Assembly: GCA_965261595.1 (NCBI GenBank)
Contig: CBDHDG010000006.1
Coordinates: 1,312,001-1,376,000, forward strand
Source: a bacterium
Lineage (GTDB): Bacteria > UBA8248 > JACPRG01 > G963555815
Length of the DNA stretch: 64,000 nt
Reading direction: 5' to 3'
Below are positions 38,897 to 49,631 of the stretch, piece after piece (positions within the stretch are counted from its first letter, which is position 1; each line of letters opens with the position of its first letter). The position numbers and the translations under genes were made by a program. The notes below the pieces were generated by a model. That model was not told where the DNA came from. It was given only the letters and a program-made list of their open reading frames with translations, and ran no database searches.

Positions 38897-39009
38897 ACCC
38901 TCAAAGCCATCGCCGCAGGTCATCCCAATGACCGCATTGACGAGCTGCTCCCCTGGAACTTCGAACGCCCGTCAAGCTGAAATCCGGGTGCCCCGCTCGC
39001 AGTGGTTAC
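38897..39009 (+). mobile_element. IS66 3' remnant (TnpC tail and right end)
   Basis: TLKAIAAGHPNDRIDELLPWNF-stop, end ...GTGGTTAC. Confidence 0.85.
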
Positions 39010-39051
39010 AGAGAGACGGCGAGCGAAGCGAGAGGTACGGTCCAAAGGGGC

Positions 39052-39880
39052 TCAGGCTTGGAGATCCGGGCTGGCTGGTGCCGTCTCAGGATCGGGGCAA
39101 ACTGCGTATGCGCTTAGGTTCATCGGTCCGGTGGCGCTCGACGCGATCAATATCTGATTCTCCTCGGACCGTCCGACTCGATAGATGACGAATCGGCCAT
39201 GGTCGTCGGTACGGATCATGGCGATCGAGTTGCCAGGGGCGGTCTTCTCTCCGGGAAGCGCCGGCTCGAGCTCGCGAAATGCACTCGCGGACATCATGAA
39301 TCCGCCTTCAATTGGACCGGCGACTTCCGGAAACAGCGTGCGTTGAACGGCGGTGTTGAGTTCCTGAACAATGCCCGTTCCAAGCGGGATGACGGCTTCC
39401 CCCTCGACGCTGTCGGTGTGCTCGATGAGGTTCCGCATCTGGCGCACTTTCAGGAAATGCGCCGCGCGGAATTCCTCCCAGAACCCGTGCTGCATGCGTT
39501 CGACCTTGTTGATGAGCTCTCCGGCCTTCAGGAGGCCGAGGCATGCTGCATCCAGGAGGGTTTCCTCCTCGACGGCGTCCGTGCAGTCCTCGGCACGGCG
39601 GCAGTAGCGGGTAGTCTTGGCCGTCCATTGCTTCAGATCGCGAAGGCGTCCTGCAGGCGCTTCAGGGAGTCGCCGCTTTCTCTTTCGCGCCAACGACGCG
39701 TGTGAATTCTCTCGGCTACAGTCCTGAGACTTGCCGCGACCGCCTTGTCGATTTCGACGAAGCGCTGCGTCATCCACGGTCGGCTTGCGCCTTTGCCCTG
39801 CAGCTTGGCGAACAGCTTCTGCTGCGCCAGGTAGCCCTTCCTGACCGAGTCGAGTAGACCACGGTTCTTGTCCCAGTCGG
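39052..39880 (-). pseudogene. HEPN (DUF86-like) domain protein lacking its own 5' end, frameshift near 39640
   Basis: DAACLGLLKAGELINKV...MRNLIEH (RxxxxH motif). Confidence 0.6.
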
Positions 39881-41429
39881 AGAGCCAATTCACAGAAAGG
39901 CCGTTGGAGACATCTCCAGCGGCCTTTCTTTTTGCTTCGATGGCCGTGGTTTCTGCAATCAAGTCAAAGGGTTGCCGCAATGTGACGGTCAACTTTCCGT
40001 CCCTCCAGGACGAGTTCGAAACAAGATAATTGAGAAGCCGCCGTTTTTCGCGGGAATCCTGCTTTTCGAAAAGCCGCTGGGCGTTCTGTGCCAGTTCGAT
40101 AAGGCGCACGCCGTCTTCAAGGTAGGACTGGTCCGCGCCCTGATGCCGTTCGATGTCTTGAAGACAGCGATTCTGCTCGGTCCGCCACTCCTCCGACATC
40201 TTCTCAAAGAACGCCGCGTCGATGGTGCCGTCGAGCTTATCGACATAGGCGTCGTGAATACGGTTCTGGAGCCGGTCGTATTCCGCGCACAGCCGTTTGA
40301 TGGCTTCCTCATGCTCGCGCCGTTCGTCGGCGTGGCTGTCAAGAAGGGCGTCGCGCACCCAGTCCAGCACCTCGTCGTCAAACACCAATTGGCCGAGGAG
40401 CGCGCCGAACTTCTCTTCGAGAACCTCTTCCCGGACATAGGGCTCGTCGCATTTCCCCTTGTAGCCGGTGCAGTGGTAGTAGATGTAGCGCTGCTTCTTG
40501 ATCTCGCCGACCACCGAGCAGCCGCAATGGCCGCACGCAATCAGGCCCGAGAACGCGAAATCGTGCTTCACGCGGCGATGCTTGCTGGCGTTGCGCCCGT
40601 CCATCATATCCTGCACCCGCTCCCACAGGTCCCGCGTGACCAGGGCTTGATGGCTGCCCTGGTAGAGACGGCCATTCCATTCGAACTCGCCCATGTAGAG
40701 CCGATTGCGCAGGATATTGTGCACCGTACTGGTCGGTACCGACTTGCCGCTCTTGCGATAGCTGAAACCGGCTGCGCGCGCCTTCTTCACCACATCGCGC
40801 AATGCCAGTCCACCGGCCGCGTACCACTCGAACATCTTGGTCACATGCGGCGCGACTTTCGGATCGGGCTCGATCACCCGTTTACCGTTAACGCCGTCCA
40901 CATTGAGGTAGCCCAGCGGCGCGGCCGAGGGCCAGATGCCCTGCTCGGCCTTTTCCAGCATGCCCTTCTTGGTCTCTTCCGAAAGGTTGTCGATGTAGTT
41001 CTTCGCCATCAACACCTTGATGCCATGCATGAACTTATCCGACGACTTGGAATCGCGCGACAGGATCGCCCCTTCCTTGACAAGATGGATCTCGACATCA
41101 AGCTCGTCGAGCATCACCCAGTCCTTGAGGTTGCGATAAAGCCGGTCGGTCTTCTCTACAAGGATGGTCCGGACCCGAGGATTAGCCCTCAGAAAAGCGA
41201 CCATCTCGGAAAAGCTGGTCCGGCCCGTCTGTTTGGCCGTCTCCACGTCAACGTATTCCTGGACGGCGGATAGACCTTCGCGCGCGGCGTAGTCCTTCAG
41301 CAGCTTCAGCTGTGCCGGGATCGAGAACCCTTCCTTCTCCTGTTCCTTGGAGGAGACGCGGGCGTAGAGCACCGCCCGGCTGACATCGCCGGCGGCCTCG
41401 CTTTTGGATTTGCTTGTCCTGTTCATCAT
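39633..41429 (-). CDS. Large serine recombinase (resolvase, recombinase and Zn-ribbon domains)
   Basis: AVLYARVSS, KTDRLYRN, PLGY, ILRNRLYMG, CGHCG...YYHC. Confidence 0.95.
   Translation of the reverse strand: MMNRTSKSKSEAAGDVSRAVLYARVSSKEQEKEGFSIPAQLKLLKDYAAREGLSAVQEYVDVETAKQTGRTSFSEMVAFLRANPRVRTILVEKTDRLYRNLKDWVMLDELDVEIHLVKEGAILSRDSKSSDKFMHGIKVLMAKNYIDNLSEETKKGMLEKAEQGIWPSAAPLGYLNVDGVNGKRVIEPDPKVAPHVTKMFEWYAAGGLALRDVVKKARAAGFSYRKSGKSVPTSTVHNILRNRLYMGEFEWNGRLYQGSHQALVTRDLWERVQDMMDGRNASKHRRVKHDFAFSGLIACGHCGCSVVGEIKKQRYIYYHCTGYKGKCDEPYVREEVLEEKFGALLGQLVFDDEVLDWVRDALLDSHADERREHEEAIKRLCAEYDRLQNRIHDAYVDKLDGTIDAAFFEKMSEEWRTEQNRCLQDIERHQGADQSYLEDGVRLIELAQNAQRLFEKQDSREKRRLLNYLVSNSSWRDGKLTVTLRQPFDLIAETTAIEAKRKAAGDVSNGLSVNWLSDWDKNRGLLDSVRKGYLAQQKLFAKLQGKGASRPWMTQRFVEIDKAVAASLRTVAERIHTRRWRERESGDSLKRLQDAFAI
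39863..39887 (+). other. Putative att site resembling a tRNA 3' half
   Basis: GGTTCTTGTCCCAGTCGGAGAGCCA at the NWL codons where the recombinase domain ends. Confidence 0.5.
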
Positions 41430-41480
41430 AATGTTGAGTGTAACCTCAACATACCTCCAATTCAAATCGCGACGATCAAT

Positions 41481-42284
41481 TCAGCTTGATCCCGCGATCA
41501 AGCCAGGTACGCCGAGAATCCAGCCTTCCACCCTTGCCACACTGCGCTCGGGCGGTGTCAGGTTCGGATCGAGAAACCCGGCGAGGCTGCCGTCCCAGTC
41601 GGCGCGCGACAGCCAGGCGGCGATGGACCAGGCGTCGTGCTGATCGCCCGTGCGGCTCTCGCGGGCGAAACTGCGGGACCAGAGCGCCGGATAGACCTCG
41701 GCGATGGCGGACCGCCCATGCGGAATGTTCCAGCCATCGAAAGGCCAGAAGTGGACCCGGTCGCCGAGTTCGCGGCGGATGAAGCGCAGCCACGGAATCC
41801 CGGCATGGGTGGACTTGGCCACCTGCCCCTGCACGTCGAAATGAAATACCGACTTGGCGCCGCCGGCCCGCTCCTCGGTCAGCCGTCGCCAGCGGGCATT
41901 GCCGGTCCGCCCCGCACCATTGCCGGCCGATCCCTCGCGCACGAAATCGACGTACGTGTGATCCGCGTCGGTCGGCCAGTGGCGCTGGAAGTCGTCGAGA
42001 AACGACGGCCAGTCGGGTTCCAGCTCGTGGACCTCGAAATAGCGCAGCGGAAAGGAAAACCCGTGATCGATACCGACCAGTGTCGGCGCATCCTCCGCAA
42101 GGCGCTCGATCAGCCAATGAGCAACGCCCTTGCGGGTCCAATATTTCCGGGGGCTGGGTGGCGGAAACACCTCCTCGGGCGGGCTGTCGCCCTCGGCCAG
42201 ATAGACCCGCAAACACTTGAGGCTGGCGGTCGGCGTCTGTGCCCCGGAATAGTCGATGCCGATGGTCCGGGCGAAGATGGCCAT
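41481..42284 (-). CDS. DUF429-like predicted RNase H-fold nuclease
   Basis: IGIDYSGA, VGIDHGFSFP, FWPFDG, AEVYPAL, DQHDA, EGWI. Confidence 0.8.
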   Translation of the reverse strand: MAIFARTIGIDYSGAQTPTASLKCLRVYLAEGDSPPEEVFPPPSPRKYWTRKGVAHWLIERLAEDAPTLVGIDHGFSFPLRYFEVHELEPDWPSFLDDFQRHWPTDADHTYVDFVREGSAGNGAGRTGNARWRRLTEERAGGAKSVFHFDVQGQVAKSTHAGIPWLRFIRRELGDRVHFWPFDGWNIPHGRSAIAEVYPALWSRSFARESRTGDQHDAWSIAAWLSRADWDGSLAGFLDPNLTPPERSVARVEGWILGVPGLIAGSS

Positions 42285-42285
42285 C

Positions 42286-43212
42286 CTACGCCACCGCCTT
42301 GAACCGCTCTAAGCGAATCGCAAGCCGGTCCCGATCTGGCCGGTCCTTAACCCGGTTTGGCAGATGGAGGGCTTCGCCATTTAGCTGCTTGAGGGCTTCG
42401 AGCATCGGGCCGTCGTTCTGGTCGAGCAATCGGTCCGAGACATGCAATCGATAGTCGGGATCGATGCCGATCAAATGGGCATCGAAGGCGGCATGATGGC
42501 TTTTAGAGAGCGGCAGGCCGTTCGGGACGATAGGCTGTCCCAGCCTTTCATTCTTGTCGGAAATGATATGCGCTGCGTCGAGCAGCCGCTGTTCGGGCAA
42601 TCCGGACAAGGCGCAACGCCCGTCATAGGCCGCAATAACGGCTTCGCGGAATGACGCCTGATGAAGCCGCTGCTTTACCGAACGCAACGCATATCGCCGT
42701 TCCAGAGCGTTTTCCGGCGGGACCAATACATCTTGCTCCGGCACGCCGAACGCGACACACGCCTTCAGGGCATTGGCGTCCCATCCTGAAATGAATGCCG
42801 GGAGCATAGCCTGGTAGCGGCCAGGCGCGATGCCGAGAAAATAAACTACCGGTATCCCGTTCTCAAATGCCTCGCGCAGCCAGCGATTGTCCGCTGCCTC
42901 CGGATTCCGCCCCATGAAGGCATAATCCACCGTCTCGTCGCCCTCAAAGATCTGGCGGTGTACGTCTCGCTGATCGTCGTACCAGACCCGCGCGCCGGGT
43001 CGCGGAAATACGGTCTTGATGGAGAGCAGATACCGCATCTGTCGCGGCTTGAAGATTCCCCGCTGGGGATTGACGAGCGGGATGCGCTCGCCTTCGAAAA
43101 CAAACCCCGGTTTAAATTCGTCGGCGGTCAAATGGTCATGCACCTCACCCAGCCTTCGAACATGCTCGAAAGCCGCCATCCGCATCAGGGTGTCCCGTTC
43201 GTTGTCGCTCAT
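42286..43212 (-). CDS. HNH endonuclease with N-terminal putative recognition domain
   Basis: RLHQASFREAVIAAYDGRCALSG, LDAAHI, NGLPLSKSHHAAFD. Confidence 0.9.
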   Translation of the reverse strand: MSDNERDTLMRMAAFEHVRRLGEVHDHLTADEFKPGFVFEGERIPLVNPQRGIFKPRQMRYLLSIKTVFPRPGARVWYDDQRDVHRQIFEGDETVDYAFMGRNPEAADNRWLREAFENGIPVVYFLGIAPGRYQAMLPAFISGWDANALKACVAFGVPEQDVLVPPENALERRYALRSVKQRLHQASFREAVIAAYDGRCALSGLPEQRLLDAAHIISDKNERLGQPIVPNGLPLSKSHHAAFDAHLIGIDPDYRLHVSDRLLDQNDGPMLEALKQLNGEALHLPNRVKDRPDRDRLAIRLERFKAVA

Positions 43213-43388
43213 CGAGACATCCCTCACCCCCTGAAACAATGCTCATTGTGCCAGGTCAGCACCTTGTTGCATGGATCATCGCGACGAAGTCTTATCATTG
43301 GCTTCATTCACCGCTGGGGCCAGTTTAACTGCCACATAAGTTCAACGCCGCCCGACGGCGCAAGTTTGATAAGGCGCGGTACCGGGTG

Positions 43389-43470
43389 ATCAGCATCGGT
43401 AGTCCCGCGTCCAATACTGAATCGAATCGACGATTCAGCTTCATCGCTTGAAAGCCCGGTGGCTCTTAGA
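43389..43470 (-). pseudogene. Cysteine desulfurase C-terminal remnant
   Basis: LRATGLSSDEAESSIRFSIGRGTT. Cut by IS1380 end. Confidence 0.8.
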
Positions 43471-45150
43471 CCGGAATTTCCCATATCCAATCCGGACAGG
43501 CCTGTACCGACCCCTCGTTGCTGTTTAAGTCAATTAGACCCCTCTCTCCCGGACCTGTCCATCCCATTTCAGGTGCCTGAAACCCTAATCGGAGCGTTAT
43601 CCACCATTGAAAATCATGCCACCCCTCCGGGTAGGCGAGCCTTCCCAGCAGGTCATCTGGAAGGGACAGAACATTCACCATTTTGTCCTCGGGTGGACTG
43701 CGCTGAGAGCGGTTAGACAGGTACGGGCCGCAATCGGTTGATCCGGTCCAGGATGAGAGCGAACACCTCCCTGGATACGGCTACCTCGGCCAACTGAAAG
43801 ATGATGTGCCGGACATGGCGCACAATCCGGCCGCCCATTTTGATGCGCTTGACCTGGAGGCTTCGCAGCGACCAGTGCTTGAGCTCCCTAGGCAAGGCTA
43901 GCCTCCGCAGGAAATTGCCCAGGTTGTACCCCAGGACGAAGAGAAGGAGCCGCACCTGGTTGCACACGAACCGGTGACAGGAAAGGCGTGTCCAGTTCAG
44001 GGCCTACTTGCCTTCCTTGATCCATGGCTCGGCTGTGCCTCGCTGGTTGTAGAAGTGCACGACCCCCTCGGGTCGAGCCGTCAGGTTCGTGACAATGAAT
44101 CCGACGCGAGGGAAGCGTTCGCCTGAGTGCCATTCCACCTTCGCCACCACCCCTCGGGGGTGGTCCCAGCTTCCAGCCTGATACAGGAAGTCGTGATAGA
44201 AGATGATGGGTCTCTTGGGCGGGCGACCGACCGGGCGAGTCAGCAGGAAGTCGATCCGTGGGTAGAGCACTTCGTTCGCAGGGAGCCGGATGGCGTAGAG
44301 GAAGCCACGCTCTTCCAAGTACTCATAGACCTCGGGGCTCGTAAAGGCGGCATCGGCCCGAAAGGAACGGCGAACATCAGCGTGCTCATAGCGGGCCGTG
44401 ATGGGCTCCAACAACTTTCGCCACCCATCGGCGCTGTGAACGTTGCCCGGACGCAACTCCGCCCCCTCGCAGTCCCCAAACTGGTTGAAGCAGAATAAGG
44501 GATGGTAGCAGAGGGAACCGAAGTGACCGTTATAGGCAGTCCCTTCCTGCTGTCCGTGCACCCGGCTTTCCGAGCTATCCATGTCCAGGATGACCCGCTG
44601 ATGCGGCGTGCGGCTCATGGCCCGCTCTACCCATTCCGCGTTCAGTTGCCTCAGCCTACTCAGGTTCTCCTCGTTGCAGAGAACTTCAGTCTCGAACCGG
44701 CTCCATGTGTTGGTACTGGCCGCCTGCTTCTCAAGTGCCCGCCGGCCAACTACGGCTTGCATAGCAGGGTCTCTCGCCAATCGCTCGGCATCGTTGGTGT
44801 CCTCGTACCCGGCCAGGCGACTATAGACTGACTGGCGCAATAGCGGCACCAACTCATGCTGGACGTTCCGGCCATGACGGATCTCTTGCAAGTGGGCTGG
44901 CGCTCTCACCGTCAAACCCAGCGCATCATCCAACTCCCGGCAGGCCAGCAATCCTGCATCTGAAGTGATTCTGGCTCCGTGAAAGTCAAGCCTCAGCCTA
45001 CGGTTAAAATGGACCCTCAATGCCGCCTTTTTCGCTTCACCCATAGGGTTCCCCCGCGAGAACGTGGCAGGGGGAAGCCAATACGCTGATTTTACATGAG
45101 AAAGCGCCTTTCGGTCTGTCGAATCTTATGACACAAATGGGAAATGCGGG
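43471..45150 (-). mobile_element. IS1380-family element; transposase 43713-45044 has an in-frame TAG at 44004
   Basis: ITSDAGL, LDMDSS, CYHPL, FRADAAF, FYNQRGTAE. IRs CCGGAATTTCCCAT / CCCGCATTTCCCAT. Confidence 0.92.
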
Positions 45151-46239
45151 ATGAGACACCGGGGCCGTTTTTTTGAATGTCTCCAGGACCTGGGCGGGCG
45201 TCAGGTAGTCCAGGGCCCAGTGGGGTCGAATGTGGTTATAGACTTGCTCCCACTCGCGAAGGCGGACGTTGAGCGAGGCCACCGTCCAGGGGAGTTCGTA
45301 CACCTCGTAGAACTCCTCCGTATGGGTCCTGTTGGCCCGCTCCACACGGCCGTTGAACTTGGGCGAGCGGGGCGGCAGCTCAAAGAGCAAAATCTCCCGC
45401 TCCGCGCACGCCGCCTCGAACACCGCCCGGAACTCCGAGCCTCCGTCTACCTGAATCGCCCGCAGCGGGAACGGAGCGCGCGCCTGAAGGGTGTCCAAAA
45501 ACCGCCGGGCGTAAAGGGCCGTGGCGCACGAGAAGACCTCCATCACGTCCCAGCGCGAGACCATGTCCCGGGCGGTGAATTGCTTCAACCTCACCCCGGC
45601 AAGGGGGGAAAGCTCGAGGGTGTCCACCTGGACCAGGTCTCCGGGACAATCGGACACATAGCCCTTGGGCTTGCGCGTGGCGTAAGGCCGCCGCGCCCGA
45701 CGCCGCTTCGCGCTCACCACCTTGCCCCTCGGCTCGACCAGCAGTCGCCGGCGCTTGAGATCGGCCAGGATGCGGCCCACCGTCGAGACCGAGGTCACCA
45801 ACCCCTCGCGTTGAAGCAGGACCGCCAGCTTGGCCTCTCCCCACCGGGGGTACTGCTCCCGAAGCTGCAAGACCGCCTTCACCAGCTCTGGCGACCACGT
45901 GGGCTGCCTCACCCGGCGCGGCCGGCGCGGCCGGCGCGTGCGCTCCTGCAGGGTCGGCAGGTCTCGGGGGTCAAACCGCTTCCGCCAGCGGTACAGCGTG
46001 GCCCGGCTCAGACCAAATGTGCTGCAAACCAATTTCGCATTCCCGCTCTCCCGCCAAAGGCTCAGGGCGCGAAGACGAGCCCGGCCCTCGGGGGACAACT
46101 CCACCGCCCCGTAGCCTCCTGCGCGCAGGGAGGCTACGGGGCCACCCAAACACTTGCATCCAGGGACCTCCTCTCTCGTGGCCCCTGGCACTCTACTCCC
46201 TAACCAAGGAGATGTCTCACATCTATCTGAACCTATACA
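45151..46239 (-). mobile_element. IS481-like element, right end cut by IS1380
   Basis: Left end TGTATAGGTTCAGATAGATGTGAGACA. VQVDT, IQVDGGSEF, NGRVERANRT. Confidence 0.9.
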
Positions 46240-46433
46240 CTGTCGGCCAGATCGTGCCTCCTATCGGTTCTCAAGCCGCCCGCGATGGCATCACCAAGGC
46301 TTATGGAGAACTGGATCGTTGGATGGGCGCACAAGGCCGTCTCTTCGTCTTTACGGCGGGCTTTTGATCGCCGGGCTAAAGGAGATTTGAGGAACGACGG
46401 TGAAAGCCGGAGGGATCGGGACAGGCCGCCTTA

Positions 46434-46661
46434 TCACACCGGCCGCGCGTCCGGCAGGTACTTTTCCAGGCCGATGCGGATGGCGTCCACCGGACAGACG
46501 TCCTCACAATTCAGGCAGACGATGCAGGGGGCCTCTTCCAGGACCAGGAGCCGTTTTTCCTTCTGGGCGAATCCCAGACAGTCCACCGGGCAAGCTAGCA
46601 CGCACAGGGCGCAATCCACGCAGCTCGGAAGGACGCTGATCCGGACGGATTTAATCGGCAT
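46434..46661 (-). CDS. 2x[4Fe-4S] ferredoxin
   Basis: CVDCALCVLACP, CIVCLNCEDVCP. Confidence 0.93.
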   Translation of the reverse strand: MPIKSVRISVLPSCVDCALCVLACPVDCLGFAQKEKRLLVLEEAPCIVCLNCEDVCPVDAIRIGLEKYLPDARPV

Positions 46662-48423
46662 GGGCGCTCCGAATCGGCACGGGAAGGGAGACCCGGGTGA
46701 CGTCTACCTCTCTTTTGAAAGGCTCTTGACCCCGGAGGATGACGTCGTGGCAGATCCAGTTTTCCTGGTCGGTATTCGGATAATCCGTTCGAAAATGGCA
46801 TCCTCGGCTCTCCGTTCGAAAACAGGCCGAGCGGACGACCACCTCGCCCACTTCAACCAGTGTCTCGGCCTCCAACGCGGCTTTGACCTCGAACGGCGTC
46901 CGGGCGTGTAAACTCGGAAGGCGATCGCGCTTGATCGCTTGCAAATCCTCAAGGGAAGCCTCCAGGCGTTCTCCGGACCGGAGCGGCCCGGCGTTCTCCC
47001 ACATGGTTCTCTGAAGTTCCGAGCGGATCCCGGCGGGATCGCCCTCTTCGCTTGGCGGCCGGTCCCACCCCCGGATATTCGCCAGACGCTCTTGCACGGC
47101 TTCCCTGTCCCAGTCCGCATCGGACACGAGGAGAGGGTTGTCGCGGGCGCGTTCGGCGGCGGCCCTTCCCGCCCGCGATCCGAAGACCAGGCAGTCCGAG
47201 AAGGCGTTCCCCCCCCTGCGGCGGGCGCCGTGGACGGGCGCGGCCGATTCACCGGCGGCGTAGAGTCCCGGCAGATTGGTCTCGCACCACGGTTTGATCC
47301 CGATCCCCCCCAGGTGAGTGATGGCCCCGGGAGAGATCCGGAGCGTACGGTTCTTCCAGTCGAACCCCCTCAACAGGCAGCGCAGGTCGTATCTGCCTGG
47401 AAGGTCGGATTCCCAAAGCTCTTCGGGAACACCCCGAAGATCGAGCCAGATGGAGTCCCCGTCGCCCCTCCCTTCAAAGATTTCGATGGCAATGGCCCGG
47501 GAGATGATCTCGCGCACGTCGGTGGAGAGCTCCCCATATCGCTTCTGGAAATGGACGGTGGGCTCCCCCGTTGGAGTCAGAGCACTATCGAGAAACGCCT
47601 CGCCTTTCCCGTTCCGATAGACGGCGTGAAGCCTGGCGGTGCAGGGAAGCAGATACCACATCGGCAGTCCGGGCTCCATCATGGTGTGAGGAGAGAACAT
47701 GGCGAAGGACATATCCACCAACTCTGCCCCGGCCCGGTAGGCGGCGGCGTACCCGTCTCCCGTCGTGACATTGGTGGTGTAGTTGATCCGGTAAAGCTCG
47801 CCCGCGCCTCCGGTCGCCAGGATGGTCGAAGCGGCCCGGCAGACGATGAAATCCCCCTGGTAGATGCGATAGAGCAGCGCGCCCGCCACCCCGTCTTCGC
47901 CTGTCAGGAGGTCGACCAGGACGCAACCTGGCATCATATGGACGCCCAGGCGCTTGCATTCTTCGGCCATCCCTCGGGTGACAACCTGTCCGCCCCGGGA
48001 AGGGTTTGCGTCAACTTTCGTCGATCCGTCGGCCAGCTCGATGGACTCGGGAAGACCGTACGTGCACAAGGCCTCGTAGTGGGGGATGTTGAATTCCTGG
48101 AGCTCGAGGATCCGCCCGGGCGCTTCCAGGGCCATGATCTCCACCAGGGTCTGGTCTGCCAGATACTCCCCGTATTCCACGGTGTCCCGGAAGTGCTCGT
48201 CCGGTGTGTCGTATTGCTTTTCGACGCTCGTATCCAGATTCGGGAGCGCCGCCTTGAAGCCTCCCCCTGCCAGGGCCGTGTTGTTGTTGACGCCGATGAG
48301 GGCCTTGTCGATGAGAAGGACTTTTTGCCCGAACCGGCGGGCCTCGATGGCCGCCCGCAGGCCGGCCAGCCCGGTCCCGATGATCAGGACGTCCGTCTCG
48401 CGTTGAACCCAGGTTTTCTTCAT
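46651..48423 (-). CDS. FAD-dependent oxidoreductase, SdhA/FrdA/NadB/AprA family
   Basis: IIGTGLAGL, ATGGAG, TGDG, GLYAAGE, HGARRRGGN, RTESRGCHFR. Confidence 0.92.
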   Translation of the reverse strand: MKKTWVQRETDVLIIGTGLAGLRAAIEARRFGQKVLLIDKALIGVNNNTALAGGGFKAALPNLDTSVEKQYDTPDEHFRDTVEYGEYLADQTLVEIMALEAPGRILELQEFNIPHYEALCTYGLPESIELADGSTKVDANPSRGGQVVTRGMAEECKRLGVHMMPGCVLVDLLTGEDGVAGALLYRIYQGDFIVCRAASTILATGGAGELYRINYTTNVTTGDGYAAAYRAGAELVDMSFAMFSPHTMMEPGLPMWYLLPCTARLHAVYRNGKGEAFLDSALTPTGEPTVHFQKRYGELSTDVREIISRAIAIEIFEGRGDGDSIWLDLRGVPEELWESDLPGRYDLRCLLRGFDWKNRTLRISPGAITHLGGIGIKPWCETNLPGLYAAGESAAPVHGARRRGGNAFSDCLVFGSRAGRAAAERARDNPLLVSDADWDREAVQERLANIRGWDRPPSEEGDPAGIRSELQRTMWENAGPLRSGERLEASLEDLQAIKRDRLPSLHARTPFEVKAALEAETLVEVGEVVVRSACFRTESRGCHFRTDYPNTDQENWICHDVILRGQEPFKREVDVTRVSLPVPIRSAHAD

Positions 48424-48540
48424 GCCTTTATCAAGCCTTTGTCATGCCGGGTGATTCGTGAGTGCATTATTTGGAGTTTGCAGCGGGAGGCGCTTTTTGA
48501 AAGGCGCCCCCCCGCACCCCTCAGAACACATGTCAAGCAT

Positions 48541-49125
48541 TCATTCCTCCCGTGAATGGCTCTCCTTCAGGGCTCGCTGGAACCGGTAGCGGCATTCGAG
48601 CTTGTCCTCGATCATCGAGGGAACGGGGTCGCCGGTGGTGACCTTGAGATCGACCAGAACATGACTTGTCGTTCCGAGCAGTCCGGGAAGCACCTCCTTC
48701 CACGCCTGGAGGTCGGCTACTTCGCGCGTATCGCCGATTCCGGCTTCCCGAGCGATGGCATCGAACCGAATATTTTCGGGCCCGGGAAGCGGGAACCCCC
48801 CGGATGATTCGTAAGTCCCGTTGTTGAACACCAAATGGAGGAGATTCGATGGATTCTGTTGCCCCGCCGTCGCCAGCGATCCCAGATTCATCAGGAGTGC
48901 GCCGTCTCCATCCAGGACAATCACCTTGCGGTCCGGATTTGACAGGCTGAGTCCCAGGCCGATGGAAGAGGCGAGGCCCATGCCTCCGGAGTAGTAATTC
49001 AGATCGCGGGGCCGCAGATGATGCCACTCGTCGATCAGCCCTCCCACGGTGGCGACCACCAATTCGTCGGTCACGCGCTCGGCCAGGGCTGCCAGGCAAT
49101 CCGTTCGTTTCATCCCGCGACTCAT
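48541..49125 (-). CDS. TPP-dependent decarboxylase beta subunit (ComE-like)
   Basis: GMGLASSIGLG, DGDGALLMNLG...NNG.YES. Confidence 0.9.
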   Translation of the reverse strand: MSRGMKRTDCLAALAERVTDELVVATVGGLIDEWHHLRPRDLNYYSGGMGLASSIGLGLSLSNPDRKVIVLDGDGALLMNLGSLATAGQQNPSNLLHLVFNNGTYESSGGFPLPGPENIRFDAIAREAGIGDTREVADLQAWKEVLPGLLGTTSHVLVDLKVTTGDPVPSMIEDKLECRYRFQRALKESHSREE

Positions 49126-49631
49126 TCGATCAGCGCTTCCTGCCCCAGCAGCACGGCCACGGGCTGTTTGCCGAGCATCGCCCGCTCCCGGGCCGTCTCG
49201 ATGCGGTCCGCCTCTCCCGGCCGGTACACCTCGTATATCGGGATCCGCAGGGCTTCCAGGACCGGGCGGGTGACCTCTCCCTCCAGCAGATGGTAGTCGC
49301 GGTTGTCCGCAAGCCCGGGTCCCCCCCGGTAACTGACCAGCATCAGAAGGGGAATCCGGTGCTTCAGGGGCAGGGTTGCCAGCGCGTTGGCCGAGGCCAG
49401 AAAGCCCGTATTCTGAATCAACAGGGCTGCGCCCTCGCCCCCGAGTTCCAACCCCGCGCAAACCCCGATGCCTTCATCTTCTCTGGCAACGGGAACATCG
49501 ATGAATTCGGGGTCCTCCTTCAAGAGTCGCAAAAGCGGGACGAGCCATGTTTCCGGCAGGCCCACGATGTATTTGACCCCCGCTTTCCGCAAGGATTCGG
49601 CAATGCGGGCGGGGCCGGATTGCCGAATCAT
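49122..49631 (-). CDS. TPP-dependent decarboxylase alpha subunit (ComD-like)
   Basis: GLPET, REDEGIGVCAG, IQNTG, PLLMLVSYRG. Confidence 0.9.
   Translation of the reverse strand: MIRQSGPARIAESLRKAGVKYIVGLPETWLVPLLRLLKEDPEFIDVPVAREDEGIGVCAGLELGGEGAALLIQNTGFLASANALATLPLKHRIPLLMLVSYRGGPGLADNRDYHLLEGEVTRPVLEALRIPIYEVYRPGEADRIETARERAMLGKQPVAVLLGQEALIE

Noticed and set aside
39863..39887. Intact tRNA gene
   Set aside because: Only a degenerate 3' half, with no D or anticodon arm
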